Source: Macrostomum lignano (lineage: Eukaryota). From it: a DNA stretch of 64,000 nt. The position numbers and the translations under genes are program-made. This document shows positions 23,359 through 35,339 of the stretch, one piece after another. The first letter of the stretch is position 1; each line of letters starts with the position of its first letter. Under the pieces are notes generated by a model. That model ran no database searches. It had not been told where the DNA came from and worked only from the letters and a program-made list of their open reading frames with translations. The stretch spans positions 1,674,001 through 1,738,000 of the forward strand of contig NIVC01000010.1 in assembly GCA_002269645.1 (NCBI GenBank), in the 5' to 3' direction.

Positions 23359-24764
23359 CCCAGTGTAGTAGCAAGGGATAAGTTGATTTTATAGTTTTCA
23401 AAAAATACTATTTAGCACATTTCTATTTTGTTAGTATGCCACACTATTGCCAAAGCATTGCAACGCACCAAAAAGGTCCTTTATTGTTGCAATTACAAAA
23501 AAGGTATTTTATTGTGATATTCCTAGGTCCCAATGCACACTTGATAACCCCTTGATGCACCAGTCATATACCTTAGAGAATGACCCTTTGGTGCATTTTG
23601 CTGGACCCTTATTAAGGCTTCTACACATTATAAGAATTTTTTCCAATAGGGACTATAGATAGATGCTAGTCATATAAGTGAAAAGACATCCTGGCAAAAG
23701 CTAATCATTTCAGTAAAAGCCATTTTTGCAAAAGCCAAACATAGGCTGCCCTAAGCCCTGCACGCAGAGCACCAGCACCCCACCAACCCACTAAAGCAAG
23801 GCCAGGCTGGCGCAGGGGGGGGGAGTTTAAAACCAGTTAGAGTCAGATACCTACCTCAAACTGAGGTATTATTTGGCAACAAGACTATAACTATAACTAT
23901 ATTTGCATTATCCTTATAATATGCATATTGGGTTATATAATATGTATAAAATAAGCCTTTTTTAATTTGTTTAAATATAGCCTATGTAACTTTTAAAATA
24001 TTCAAAATATTATAAACTTCCTTTTGTTTTAAACAGCAGTAAGAAAAACCTATAAATATGCAGGCTAGGCACTAGGCCTACCAATAGGAAAAATCAACTT
24101 GTTTCCTTCATTTAAGATTCTATAATAGAAAGGGTTACATAACCTAGTATGCTAGTATAAACAAAAGTCTAATCAAGATCCATTTTATCAAAAGCCAATT
24201 TAGTAAAAATAATAGGCAAAACTTAATAGGTACTGTAACAATTATCTTTATATTATTAAGACTAAGATATGTACATTAAAACTCAAAAACCAAGGTCTAC
24301 TCTAAATAATTAGCTTGCTATAAATGTTACAGCCTAGTTATCAACTTTATAGGTCTGTTTAACTTACAAAACTAGACTAGATTTATTTGATATATACTAG
24401 GCCCATCAAATTCTTTACCTAAACATTTATACCTAGCTATGTTAATGTATATATTTAGCTTTCAGTTTTAACTGTTAGCAGTGCTTTAAACCAATATAAG
24501 TAAACAATTTTGTCCTTTTTTAAATAAATTTAATTAGCCTAACTATGTCTATAGAGGTTGGGGTCATTTTGGCTAAAAGACACTTTGGCAAAAGAAATTT
24601 TGGCTAAAGTTAGATACAATGAGTCATTTTGGCAAAAGGGGAATTTGAACAAGAACCTAACATATCATTGACCAAATAAATCATGTTACTTTACAATGGT
24701 AATTTTTGTATATATACTGCAATATATTTGAACTGAATATACCCCATAGTTTGGAAGGTAACAT

Positions 24765-24965
24765 GTACATACATGCGCAACAGTCGGCCGATCTGGCCGA
24801 CCAATTTGGCGGCCAATCAAGGAAGTTGCAAAAATGCCCACCCAAAAAACACCCAAGTAGTAGAACTAAGTAGCTGACGAGGCATTTGGCTTAATAAGAC
24901 AGTCATAGTTACTCCTGCCGTTTACCCAAAGTTGTGTTAGTTTGCTTTAGGATTTTTTTACATGT
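24765..24965 (+). repeat. ~200-bp dispersed direct repeat, copy 1 (probable TE fragment)
   Basis: Clearly homologous to 26400-26612 (ATACATGCGCAACAG..GATCTGGCC..ACTAAGTAGCTGACGAGGCATTT..GTTTACCCAAAGTTG). Confidence 0.8.
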
Positions 24966-26399
24966 CTTACATGTTTTACATGTAACATTGAAAGAGCATA
25001 GAACTTGATTTAGCACACTTGTTGAGCCCCCTAATAAGTTCTCTTGGTAGTTAGTGATAGCTAAGTCATTTGGGAGAATCCTTGATTACTTAGATTTTTT
25101 ATTGGCTATAATAAAAAAATTAGCTATCTCATTTCTGCAACACAGTGTATTGTATATTTTGCTAACAATTTTATAATAAAGCACTTTTCATAACAAAACA
25201 AAACTGATGTCTATTTTTATTTTCCTTTTTATAGCCGATTTAAATGATTTCTAGCTGAATATTAGAGCCAAAGTCTTGGTAATCTAGTATATTTACAGTT
25301 TAATTCTGGGTTTTTTTTCAAATGCTGTTTTGCCAAATGGCAACATGGCACCAAAATTGTTATGCCATTTTAAATTTTGACATGCCATTGGCATGATAAA
25401 ATGCAACTTGCCATTGATCATAAAGTGCAAGTTGTAAGTCATACAAATATCACAACAAAAAGGATAATATTCGATCAAATTTAAAAGCAAAATTGAAATT
25501 TGCATTTGGAATTATGGATTTAGCATTAGCAATTTGGCAATAGCATAATGGCAAAAAATGTAATGCCATTTTTAATTTTGACATATCATGGCATGCCTAT
25601 GACACAAAAAACCTAGGTTTAATTTGAATTTTTACATTTTTTATATTCACACTAATTGGATTCTAGATTTTTTGAGAGAACCAATAGAAACTGCATGTAT
25701 ATATATACGGTAATAGATCAAAAGGGCAACAGTTAAAAAGGCAATAGTCAAAGAGGCAATAGTCATAACAATTACAAGTCCATGTGTATTAGACTTGTAT
25801 TTGTTAAAATTAATTTTGTTAAAATATATGAGTAGTTATAAGCAGTTTATGGGAATGAATTTTCAGTTAAATGGACAGTTTACAAAGCATAACTAAATTA
25901 ATAACTTTGACTGCTAATATGTATAAGTCTAGTCATAAAAACTGTTATATAAGATAATTAATCACAGCTTTGAATCTGAATAAGATAATGGCAGCTAGGA
26001 ACACCCTATTAGCTAGAGCTGCTTCTTTTCTAAATTACTTCTGGCCATAAATCATAACATGAATGAAAACTACAATGGTAATTCAAACTTGAAGACAGTT
26101 ACAATGGTAATTCAACAAATTCAAACTTAAAGATAGTTATGCAAAATAAACTATAACATTGCCAAGGAGCTTTTCCCTTATGTAGGATTTTATGAATTCC
26201 AACATTATATAATTTCTATAAAGGCAAAATGCTTAGCACTAAGAAAGCTGATATTTTTTACTTATTTGAGATTAGTACAGAAGTACAGATCTGCTATTGG
26301 CAACAATATTAAGCTAGAAGTTGGATAGTATGGTAGGCAAGGCCTCCCACTTTTCTCTACCGCGTGCAAGTGTTTGTTTTCTCCTGCGGTGAATTCTGC

Positions 26400-26612
26400 G
26401 CATACATGCGCAACAGTTGGCTGAGTTGGCCGATCTGGCCAACCGATTTGGCAGCAAATCAAGGAAGTCGCAAAAATGCCCACCCAAAAAAATACCAAAG
26501 TAGTATTACTAAGTAGCTGACGAGGCATTTTGACCTAATAAGACAGTCATAGTTACTCCTGCCGTTTACCCAAAGTTGCGTTAATTTTGCTTTAGGGTTT
26601 TTATTACATGTA
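26400..26612 (+). repeat. ~200-bp dispersed direct repeat, copy 2
   Basis: Homologous to 24765-24965. Confidence 0.8.
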
Positions 26613-27481
26613 AGTGGCATTTTTGGCCAAAAACTATGTCACATTTTTGTTAAAACTAAGTCACATGGCCGACCGAATTTTGGAGGTTGTGCATGTATGA
26701 TTCTGCATCACTCTGATGTCATTTTGTTTCCCAGGCAATGTAACTCCCTTCCCACTCCCCATAATTTTGTTTTGCTACGTTGTTTTGTGTTAGGGTCCAC
26801 CCAGTGTTAATCATCACTATCTGGTGTATCCTCCCCTGTTCCACCTGGTGCTTCTCCTGTCCTACCTAGGACAATCCTTTTTCTCCCAATGGTTCATGAG
26901 AGCCCATTTAAGAGTCTGTGCCCACCTTTCCCAACCAGACTCTTGTGGTTTTGCCTGCTCTTGTAGTTTTGACCACTCTCGTGGTTTTGCCCATTCTCGT
27001 GGTTTTGCCCCTCTTGTGCGGTACTCCTTCCCCAATAGGACCCAAGTTGACTTTATTATAACCCATTACGAGAGGCCCCTACATGTAAGCCTAGCATCCT
27101 GACCCAACCAACTCCTTGCCCATCAAGTTATTAATGGTTAATAACTGATTTTAGTAACTTTGATTGCAATGTGTAACCTATTTTGTTTCAATAATAACAA
27201 TTTTATCTAGCTCTATTGGCCACTAATTATTCCCACCCAGTTGAATAGTGTATGTGAAATGGTATCATAGCCTTCGTGACCTCGGAAGCTTTATTTGACC
27301 TTGGAAGTTTTATTTGTAACCTATAAACATGTTTACTGCACTTGTTGGCCCATGTTTATGGGAGGAATCATGTGCTTTGGGGCCCTTGCCTTTGCTAAGG
27401 TAATAGGTGACTCGTGTTTCTAAAAATAGATACTAAGTCATGTGGCCCTATGCACTTTGCCTGAAAACCCTGCCTTCTCTA

Positions 27482-27885
27482 TGGGAGAGGGTGATGTAAG
27501 TTCTAAAAATAGAATAGAGTCATGAGGTCTAGAGCACACTGGTGCAGCGGGGATTCCCTGCCTATAAATACATGCCTCTCACCCTTGGTTCAATCAAGGA
27601 GTTGTCAAATTAGTCTTCTTATTGTCTTTTTCTTGTTCTTCAATATTGTTCTTATTGTTTTTCTTCTTTAGTCTAGTTTTCTAGACTTTGTTCAGTTGCC
27701 CATTGGCCTGGCTAATCTTAGATACCCAAGCCTAAGGGAGGCTAACATTGCCTTCTAAGCCACCCCTTGAGCCCAGCGGGATCTACTGACTAGGAAGCCT
27801 TGTTCATTAATCTGCAAATCTACACATTGTGCTGAGTTCATTGACTTGTTTATTTCATTCTGACGGGAAGCTCACTTCATCAAAG
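27482..27885 (+). mobile_element. possible decayed LTR
   Basis: A PPT-like GGGAGAGGG is followed by TGTAAG, then TATAAATA near 27565, a T-rich stretch and a CA end. No partner LTR was found. Confidence 0.25.
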
Positions 27886-30709
27886 GCCAAGATCTAAAGG
27901 AACTGGTGGCAGCACTACCTACACTACTAAGAGCTAATAGAAGGCTTCTAGTTAAGAAGCCAGAGAGCCCAAATCACTGTGCTAGGAGAAGCATAGGTAC
28001 AATGTTAGCCATTCTATGTTTTACTTTGGGAATCAGATTTTCAGAGTAACCTATTTGTTAAATTTTTGGCATGCATAGGGAATTTGGTGACATGCTCAAA
28101 ATCTAAAAATTCTGGGATGTTGTGAATTGAAGCTATTTTATAAGATTGGAAATAGTGATATTCTATATGGATATGGCAAGATTTGTCTAGTAATCACATT
28201 TATTCAGATTTAGACTTTCAAATATGAAATAAAAATTTATAATTAAATTTATTCCAGCCTGTATCTGTTAACCTACTTTGCTATGATGCCAACAATTTGT
28301 GCTAGAAAACACTCCATCTAAAATAAAAAGCTAATAGTTGTTTGCATGACTAGAAGCTATGGCAGACCAAAGAAAACTGTGGTAACCAGCTCCTCAACAG
28401 TACAAGCAGTTGCTCTGGGTGCTAGTGTAAATAAATAAACTCTAGCGTCGATTTTGAGGTTCCATTCTTTCTAAGCCAGCTTAACAGTAATGCTATCATT
28501 GAAAATTAGCCTAATTTTGTTAAATGGGAAGACTATGCATCAATTGTCAAAGATTATTATACTGACTGCTATAAACAATCCTTTGTCTTAGGCTGTTGTA
28601 TCTGTTGCGGCATTGAGCCTAGTGTTTTCCGGTGTGTTACCTGTCAACTTGATCTATGTAGTGGTTGCCATGACATAACACATGGAGAATTTGCACCTTA
28701 AAAATATCTCTTATGGAATGTAAGTTGCTCTAAACTTATAATTATAAGCTACTATCCCTATTGAATGTACTAGTTTTCATTTTATTAGCATATTGTCATT
28801 TTTATTTAAGGTAATTATTTTTTAATATCAATTGGAATTGTTCAATAAGATTCCAGACAAGGAAAATCTTATTGTCCTATTTGGATTAGAAAACATAATT
28901 CAAAAGACTGCAACTCTGTAATTATAAATAGGTCTAAACAAAATTAAATAAAGCAATACTCAACTATTTATAAAATTTATAAAATTTTAGGTTTAATATC
29001 TTTCAAGATTTGCAAAGTAATTTTCTATTTAAAAATAGAATAGCTATCACTAAAAGGGTATTTTTCTTGTCACCAAAATGACTTTTGCTTGTCACTGAAA
29101 GGACTGTCACCAAAACGACTATAATCCTACACTTAGGAAAGTGTAAACTATGGTGGAAAATTCTAGGCACATTAACATAAGTCACTGAAATGTATAATCT
29201 GCATATACAATGCCTAAAAGATGCTTTTAGGTTATGTTTTTTTCTAAACATATCAATTAAAAAATTGTTTCTTAGTAAGTGAAATAAATAAAAAAATTCA
29301 ATGTGGGATTTTCATTTTATTGTAAAGTTTAGGCCTAAGCTAGGGCCTAATTCTATTGACAATTTTCTACATGAGCTAAAAAAATTACAAAGTTTTGAGT
29401 TGAAAAAAGCCTTCAAAAAGTACAAAAATTTATCCATTTTTTGTTTTTGTTTTAGTTGGACTTTTACTTTGAGTTTTTTTAATACTAGGCTACGGCACAT
29501 TAGTACTCTAGCTATGTATTGGTCAATAAATGAATGTAGGCCTTGGCACACAAATTTATATTTTAGCTTTGCACATAGTGCACACTCCAAAAATATGTTA
29601 GAATATATTCCCAAACACACGCACACATGATACCTTCCTGAGTGTGGCTGTAATCTAGTGCAAATGCCATAGTAACTTATCTAGATAAGCTTGAAATATT
29701 TTATGATAAGGTTTGCACTGTAGCTTAGAAATAGGCCTATCAGATTAGGCCTATTAACCATAGGCCTAGAACCAAACCGCTTACTTAGGCTGACCATATA
29801 AACTTCTACTTAATTACTTACATTTACATGCCTTAGTTAGAATCACAGAATGTCAGTTAGGAAAAATATAATTTCAAAATATTTTTCATTAACATTATAG
29901 GCATGTAATTTAAAGAAAATTTCTAAATAATTTATTAAAATTTAACAAACAAAAGGGAATATATGCTTATCATGTCATGCTAACTTTAGATTGGCCAGTT
30001 AGCCTCAGGAGGAACACTATTAGTAGAAACTCTTGGCTTTCCTACCATGACACAATTGCCAGACTACATAGGCCTAGTAATAGTAATAGCAATAGAATAA
30101 ACTTGCATCCTGAACTGATGCCTGGCCCTGGCTACAGTGGATTGGATTGGATCCCTATATTTTTTAATATAACTGCTGCCGCCCGGCTGTACGCCAGTAG
30201 TAGTAGTAGTAGTAAATTGGCTCAGGCAAGAAGCCTGTTTGGCCAATATATTTCTGTGTATTTAATATTACTTCAGGAATAGGAGACAGTATTTTAGCAT
30301 TAGTTATTTAATTACGATTACACTTAGTACGAGTTTTGCAATATGTAAAGTATTTTTATGTATCAATTAAATCTCCGCACTTTTTATGATGTGTCCGGCA
30401 TTCTTGAATATTATTTAGTTAGTATTTATTCAGTAGTGAGTTTCTATTTCCGCGATTCTTACTGTACGTACTTTACTACTATTGTTTTACTGTATGCTAA
30501 TTCCTATCGTATTTCAAACGCGAATGCGCTGTGTTTTGGTGTTAGTTCTCCTGTGCGCCGTAGTAGTTGTAGTTGTAGGGTTGCATAGCCGTTCCAGAGT
30601 TCCAGGCGATCCAGTTTTAATTCAATAATAGATATAGACATTATTTAGAAAATTCTTAATTACCTTGACTATACATAGATTGTTCAGATACGAATACAAA
30701 TATATAAAT

Positions 30710-33577
30710 CAGGGTTTTTTTTTTGTGCGCAGAGTGTGCGTATGCACCCTAAATTTTAAAATCGCACCCTGAAATTAAAAAAGTAGGTGCGGTTTAGGTG
30801 CGGTCTTATAACCATTTTTCTTTAAAGGCTTAACCATGCTTAAGCTATTTTTTATGCACTGCCTTAAAATATGAAACAAAATAACTCTTTAAATCCTATT
30901 AAGTCATATAGGCGATATAGCCTATAGCTATAGCCTTATGTAAGATATTAAAATATACATTCCCAGTTGTCTGAAATGTGAGCAATGTGAGGGTTTCACG
31001 AGAGATATTCAGACAAAGGCTCCCTAAAACACGCCCCGCACCGGGCCCCGAACTGCTCCACATTATAACATTTTTTGTCAATGCAGTATTTGATTGCAAG
31101 GAAAAGTTAAAATAGTAATGGAATAAATATCTTTATTTATTTTTTTAAATATTTTTATTTTTTATATTCTCGTTTTCATTATTTAATTATAATATTATTA
31201 TTTTATTAATATTATTATTAATATCACTTATTGTTCACCGAATTTTATATTTCAAAGTAAAAAAACTAAATTTAATAAAAACTTGAAGCTTAACAGAAAA
31301 CGCATTCTGAAGTGTCTTTAGTTATAGTCCAATTTGTTTTAATGTGTAGCGCTGCAGGGCGGTGCGGGGCGTGTTTTAGGGAGACCCATTCAGACAGACA
31401 TTCAAAATGATTGTCTGTAACTTCAAACAAAATTGACCTGCTTCAACCATCTTTTTGGCAAATACTTACGCAAGTGTTGGGCGTCGAATAAGCTTTAATT
31501 TATTAACTGAAGTAAAAATCCTTCTGACATACATTGATTTAAAAATTGCTTAGCAACACTAGCTCTGATTAGAAATCGCTTTACTGTTGACTAAAATTGT
31601 TTTGATCGTAGCAGCCTAAAAGCAGATACTGGATTTAAAAATGCTTCGATTTACTCTATACGCATGTCTCGGCTTTGAAATGACACCTCAGGTGTCGCAA
31701 AAGACAGCTTTGATGCTGAGATATTCGACACTAAACATGCATTGCTTTGCGCAATCTCACATTCAGAAATTTCACTGATTTTTTTGTCGATATTTGTGCA
31801 GTTGCCATGTCCTTGTTTTTCATCAGAATCTTGTCAAATTCTAGTCATGTCTATACGCATGTCTCAGCTTTAAAATGACACCTCAGGCATTGCAAAGGAC
31901 AGCTTTGATGCTGAGATATTCGACACTAAACGTTGCTTTGCTCAAACTCACATTCGGAAACTTCACTGATTTTTATTCAATATTTGTTCAGATGCTTGTC
32001 TACTTCTCCATTTATTAACCATCGCATGGAGCCTTGCTAACGTACAAGTGTATGTAGTTACAGTAAATGGGGTTTTTGTGACTCACTTAAACTTGTTTAC
32101 GCATTCTGCAGCTATTCGCCGCCTTTCATTGGAGTGATTCATGGAGTCCAGTTGATAAATTTCCACAAATTGGACTGCTTCTACGTCAGATCTCAACATT
32201 TGGAACCGTCCTTGAACTATTTCAGAGTTAAGTGAGCTAATGGCATCAAATGGAAGGCTAGTGCTCGTACTTGTAAGCGAAGCAGGTTCACAATTGAAAT
32301 GGTTGTATTCATGGCCATGGGATCTAAACTGATCTGTTTTACTTTCACGATCGCTTTGGTCTCAGAAGGAGCAGCAGTTGATGGACTGAGGTGAGAAGAA
32401 GATGTGTCACGACTTGAGCTGTTTTTAGAAAATATCTTTATCCAATTAAATATTTTCATGCGGCTCCTTAGGTTGTTCCGAATTCCGAGTCTAGAAGTCA
32501 AGACAGAAAAAAAGTTAAGAACTGCTACTGTAGTCCGTAGGGATTGGAAAGCTTAGCAGTACATTAGAAATCGCCAGTTCAATCTAAAAAGTTTGAAGTA
32601 CATATAGCTATTGGGTTGCAACAACAGTAGAAAAAATTCTTCTTTTTATTTTATTCCCACCGCTTACCTCATTCCGATTTGGATAGCAGAATTGCCACGC
32701 AAAAAAAGTAAAAACATAACAATAAACTATTTGCTTCATATTAATTGCCACTGACTGTTAATAAACGCGACGTCAATTTCTCTCAATAACAGTTGGAACA
32801 TGTTTCTCGTACACTCGTATATTTATTTGAACCACAAAGCAGTGAAAAAGTCATGATTGGTTGCCATATGTACAAATGTACACTCACAGACTCATTGACT
32901 CAGGTACAATCTATGCAATATAAAGGCAGGAATCATTAAAAATCAAATACTTAAGACAGTTTAAGAGAAGTCCAGGTTTAAACTGGACATGACTAGAATT
33001 TGACAAGTTTCTGATGAAAAACAAGGACACGGCAACTGCACAAATGTCGACAAAAAATCGGTGAAATTTCTGAATGTGAGATTGCGCAAAGCAATGCATG
33101 TTTAGTGTCGAATATCTCAGCATCAAAGCTGTCTTTTGCGACGCCTGAGGTGTCATTTTAAAGCTGAGACATGCGTATGGAGTAAATCGAAGCATTTTTA
33201 AATCCAGTATCTGCTTTTAGGCTGCTACAATCAAAACAATTTTAGTCAACACTAAAGCGATTTCTAATCAGAGCTAGTGTTGCTAAGCAATTTTTAAATC
33301 AATGTATGTCAGAAGGATTTTTACTTCAGTTAATAAATTAAAGCTTATTCGACGCCCAACACTTGCGTAAGTATTTGCCAAAAAGATGGTTGAAGCGGGT
33401 CAATTTTGTTTAAAGTTACAGACGATCGTTTCGAATGTCTGTCTGAATATCTCTCGTGAAACCCTCACATTCTAAACAAGACTCAAGAGAAATTGCACTC
33501 TGAGCCTTAAAATCGCACCTTGAAATTTGGCACAAGGTGCGATTTCGCACCTTATCTCTGGCGAAAAAAAAACCCAG
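30710..33577. mobile_element. non-autonomous TIR DNA transposon (hAT/P-like ends) with ~0.5-kb internal inverted arms
   Basis: Ends CAGGGTTTTTTTTT..GCAGAG and its inverted counterpart ..CTCTGGCGAAAAAAAAACCCAG. TATAAAT is duplicated at 30703-30709 and 33578-33584. Arms ~30984-31851 and ~32986-33472 are inverted copies. No transposase ORF. Confidence 0.88.
31016..31387. mobile_element. MITE with 9-bp TSD (Mutator-like) nested in the left arm of the DNA transposon
   Basis: TIR CTCCCTAAAACACGCCCCGCACC and its inverse. ATTCAGACA at 31007-31015 and 31388-31396. Absent from the otherwise matching right arm. Confidence 0.85.
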
Positions 33578-33711
33578 TATAAATGAAATGAATTAAGGCG
33601 CATTGCATCCACAAGCCAAGAACGCATTCGGCATTCGTTCATTCATCTGTCATCACAACGAAAATAAGGCGATTCTTTGAATTCTTGGACTTCAAGAAAC
33701 TTATTTTACAT

Positions 33712-33722
33712 TGGCGACCACG
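33712..33722 (+). promoter_or_regulatory. primer binding site TGGCGACCACG (tRNA-Arg type)
   Basis: One nucleotide after the LTR end. Complementary to a tRNA 3' end ...CGTGGTCGCCA; the isoacceptor assignment is from memory of tRNA-Arg(TCG). Confidence 0.8.
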
Positions 33723-34109
33723 CCAGCAAAGAAACGCTGGATCTGCACATTTACGGCCAAGTCAATTATACTCATTAGTGCCTATTCTACTCTGCCTACT
33801 GCCTACTGTCTATGCCTAATGGATTATAAAGACAATTGACAATATTTTTGGTCAGCTATTTTCAATAATATCAATCTGCTTATTGAAGAACTGATATTCA
33901 TTTGGACCTAATTGCTATTATAAATTAATTATCTTGTTTGACTAGTTCTCATTGAAATTTAGTCCTATCAACATATTATTATTAAATGTCAACAAATAAG
34001 ACCTTTGGCATTAGCATCAAAGAATTATATTATTAACTATTCAAAGACTTCTTGAGACCAATAAGGACCTATCAGTATCATCATCATCAATTGATTAATT
34101 GCTGCCAAA

Positions 34110-35339
34110 ATGCCACCAAAGAAAGTAGTGCCTACAGGCAAATTAACAAAGACAAAAAGTGCTTCAAATACTAGCAAACCAAAGACAAGGTCTACTACTA
34201 AAAACAAGGCAAATAGTCAGCAAGTGCCATTATCATCAGTTGCTACTGAACACTTGTGTCCATCTAAAAGTGCTAATAACAGTGCTCAGCCAATCAAATC
34301 CGAGGTTGAAGCTCCTAAAATAGTAACTCAAACAAACCAAGAATGTGATTCAATTTCTGTTACAAATCCGGTAGACTATTCAAGGCCTAATCAATATCCA
34401 ATTAACTCTTTACCAGTTGCTAGTCATCTTTTGCAACCTATTGAATCTAAGTACCAAGCTATGCAAATTCAATTGTCGCCAATTCCAAAGCCAATGCCAT
34501 TTAATGGAAAAGAAAATTTTGCGGATTTCCTATGCCGGATTGAAAGCTACATCAGTAGGTTTTCAAATTTAACTGAAGCAATTAAAATTCAAACTTTATC
34601 AGCATTCTTAGGATCAGCATTTTGTACTTATCGCTCGTGGCTCTCAACTATTTATGTAACGCATGGTGTGCCTGTCAACACTCTATTAGAAAATATTCCA
34701 AATGTCACTTTCTTGGAATGCACAGAATTTCTCCGAGGCCGCCATGGTGAGAAAAGCAATGTTGTTCTACGCCGTGAACTTAGAAATCTATCTAGGAGAC
34801 CAACAGAGACATTTGAGCAATTTCTTACTGCTTTACAAAACCTGGCTATCCAGGCCTACCCAGATGCAATTGCTACTGAAGTTGTGCAAACTATGATCTT
34901 AGATCAGTTCATAACTGGCATCAATGACCTCAAGGTCATGGAGCATCTATCAAATCTCACCAACTTGGAGACAGCAGAACAGGCCTTGCAGATTGCACAA
35001 CAAGTCCGTGAGACACAGCAACTCTTGGCAAAAGCACCAGTGAGTAGTCAGCAAATCTCCTTAGTACAACCAGAAAGCCATCAAAACAAGCAATCGTTAC
35101 CACCGAAAAGTAACCAGCCACAACCAAAGTATCATCAGCAGCAAAAATCTACGCAGAACCAACCAAAGTCCAATCAGCCAGCAAATAACAACTTTCAGCA
35201 ACAACAGAAATATCCTAATCAGCAAGCAAGGTACCAACAGGTCACTTGCTTTAGATGTGGCCAACTTGGACATGTGCAAAGAGTGTGCCCAAACTTGATG
35301 CAGGCTGGATCAGGGGCCAGACCCCAGCCTCATCATTGA
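34110..35339 (+). CDS. gag: Gypsy Gag with CCHC zinc knuckle
   Basis: 409-aa ORF with PMPFNGKENFADFLCRIE capsid-like region, LDQFITGI and CFRCGQLGHVQRVCP. Confidence 0.92.
   Translation: MPPKKVVPTGKLTKTKSASNTSKPKTRSTTKNKANSQQVPLSSVATEHLCPSKSANNSAQPIKSEVEAPKIVTQTNQECDSISVTNPVDYSRPNQYPINSLPVASHLLQPIESKYQAMQIQLSPIPKPMPFNGKENFADFLCRIESYISRFSNLTEAIKIQTLSAFLGSAFCTYRSWLSTIYVTHGVPVNTLLENIPNVTFLECTEFLRGRHGEKSNVVLRRELRNLSRRPTETFEQFLTALQNLAIQAYPDAIATEVVQTMILDQFITGINDLKVMEHLSNLTNLETAEQALQIAQQVRETQQLLAKAPVSSQQISLVQPESHQNKQSLPPKSNQPQPKYHQQQKSTQNQPKSNQPANNNFQQQQKYPNQQARYQQVTCFRCGQLGHVQRVCPNLMQAGSGARPQPHH

Larger units (their letters stand above)
30344..33710 (+). repeat. 5' LTR (30344-30709 + 33585-33710), split by a DNA-transposon insertion
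   Basis: 366+126 = 492 bp, matching the 3' LTR. I found one mismatch by eye (TTCAATAATAG vs TTCAAAAATAG). Confidence 0.95.

Noticed and set aside
22200-30300. Fungal RIP as the cause of the TA-rich, C-poor block
   Set aside because: CA/TG dinucleotides remain abundant, paired-copy differences are at CpG, and the gene content is animal-like.
32040-32501. Transposase in the core of the DNA element
   Set aside because: Two short offset minus-strand frames with no DDE, BED-finger or hAT dimerisation motif that I can recognise.
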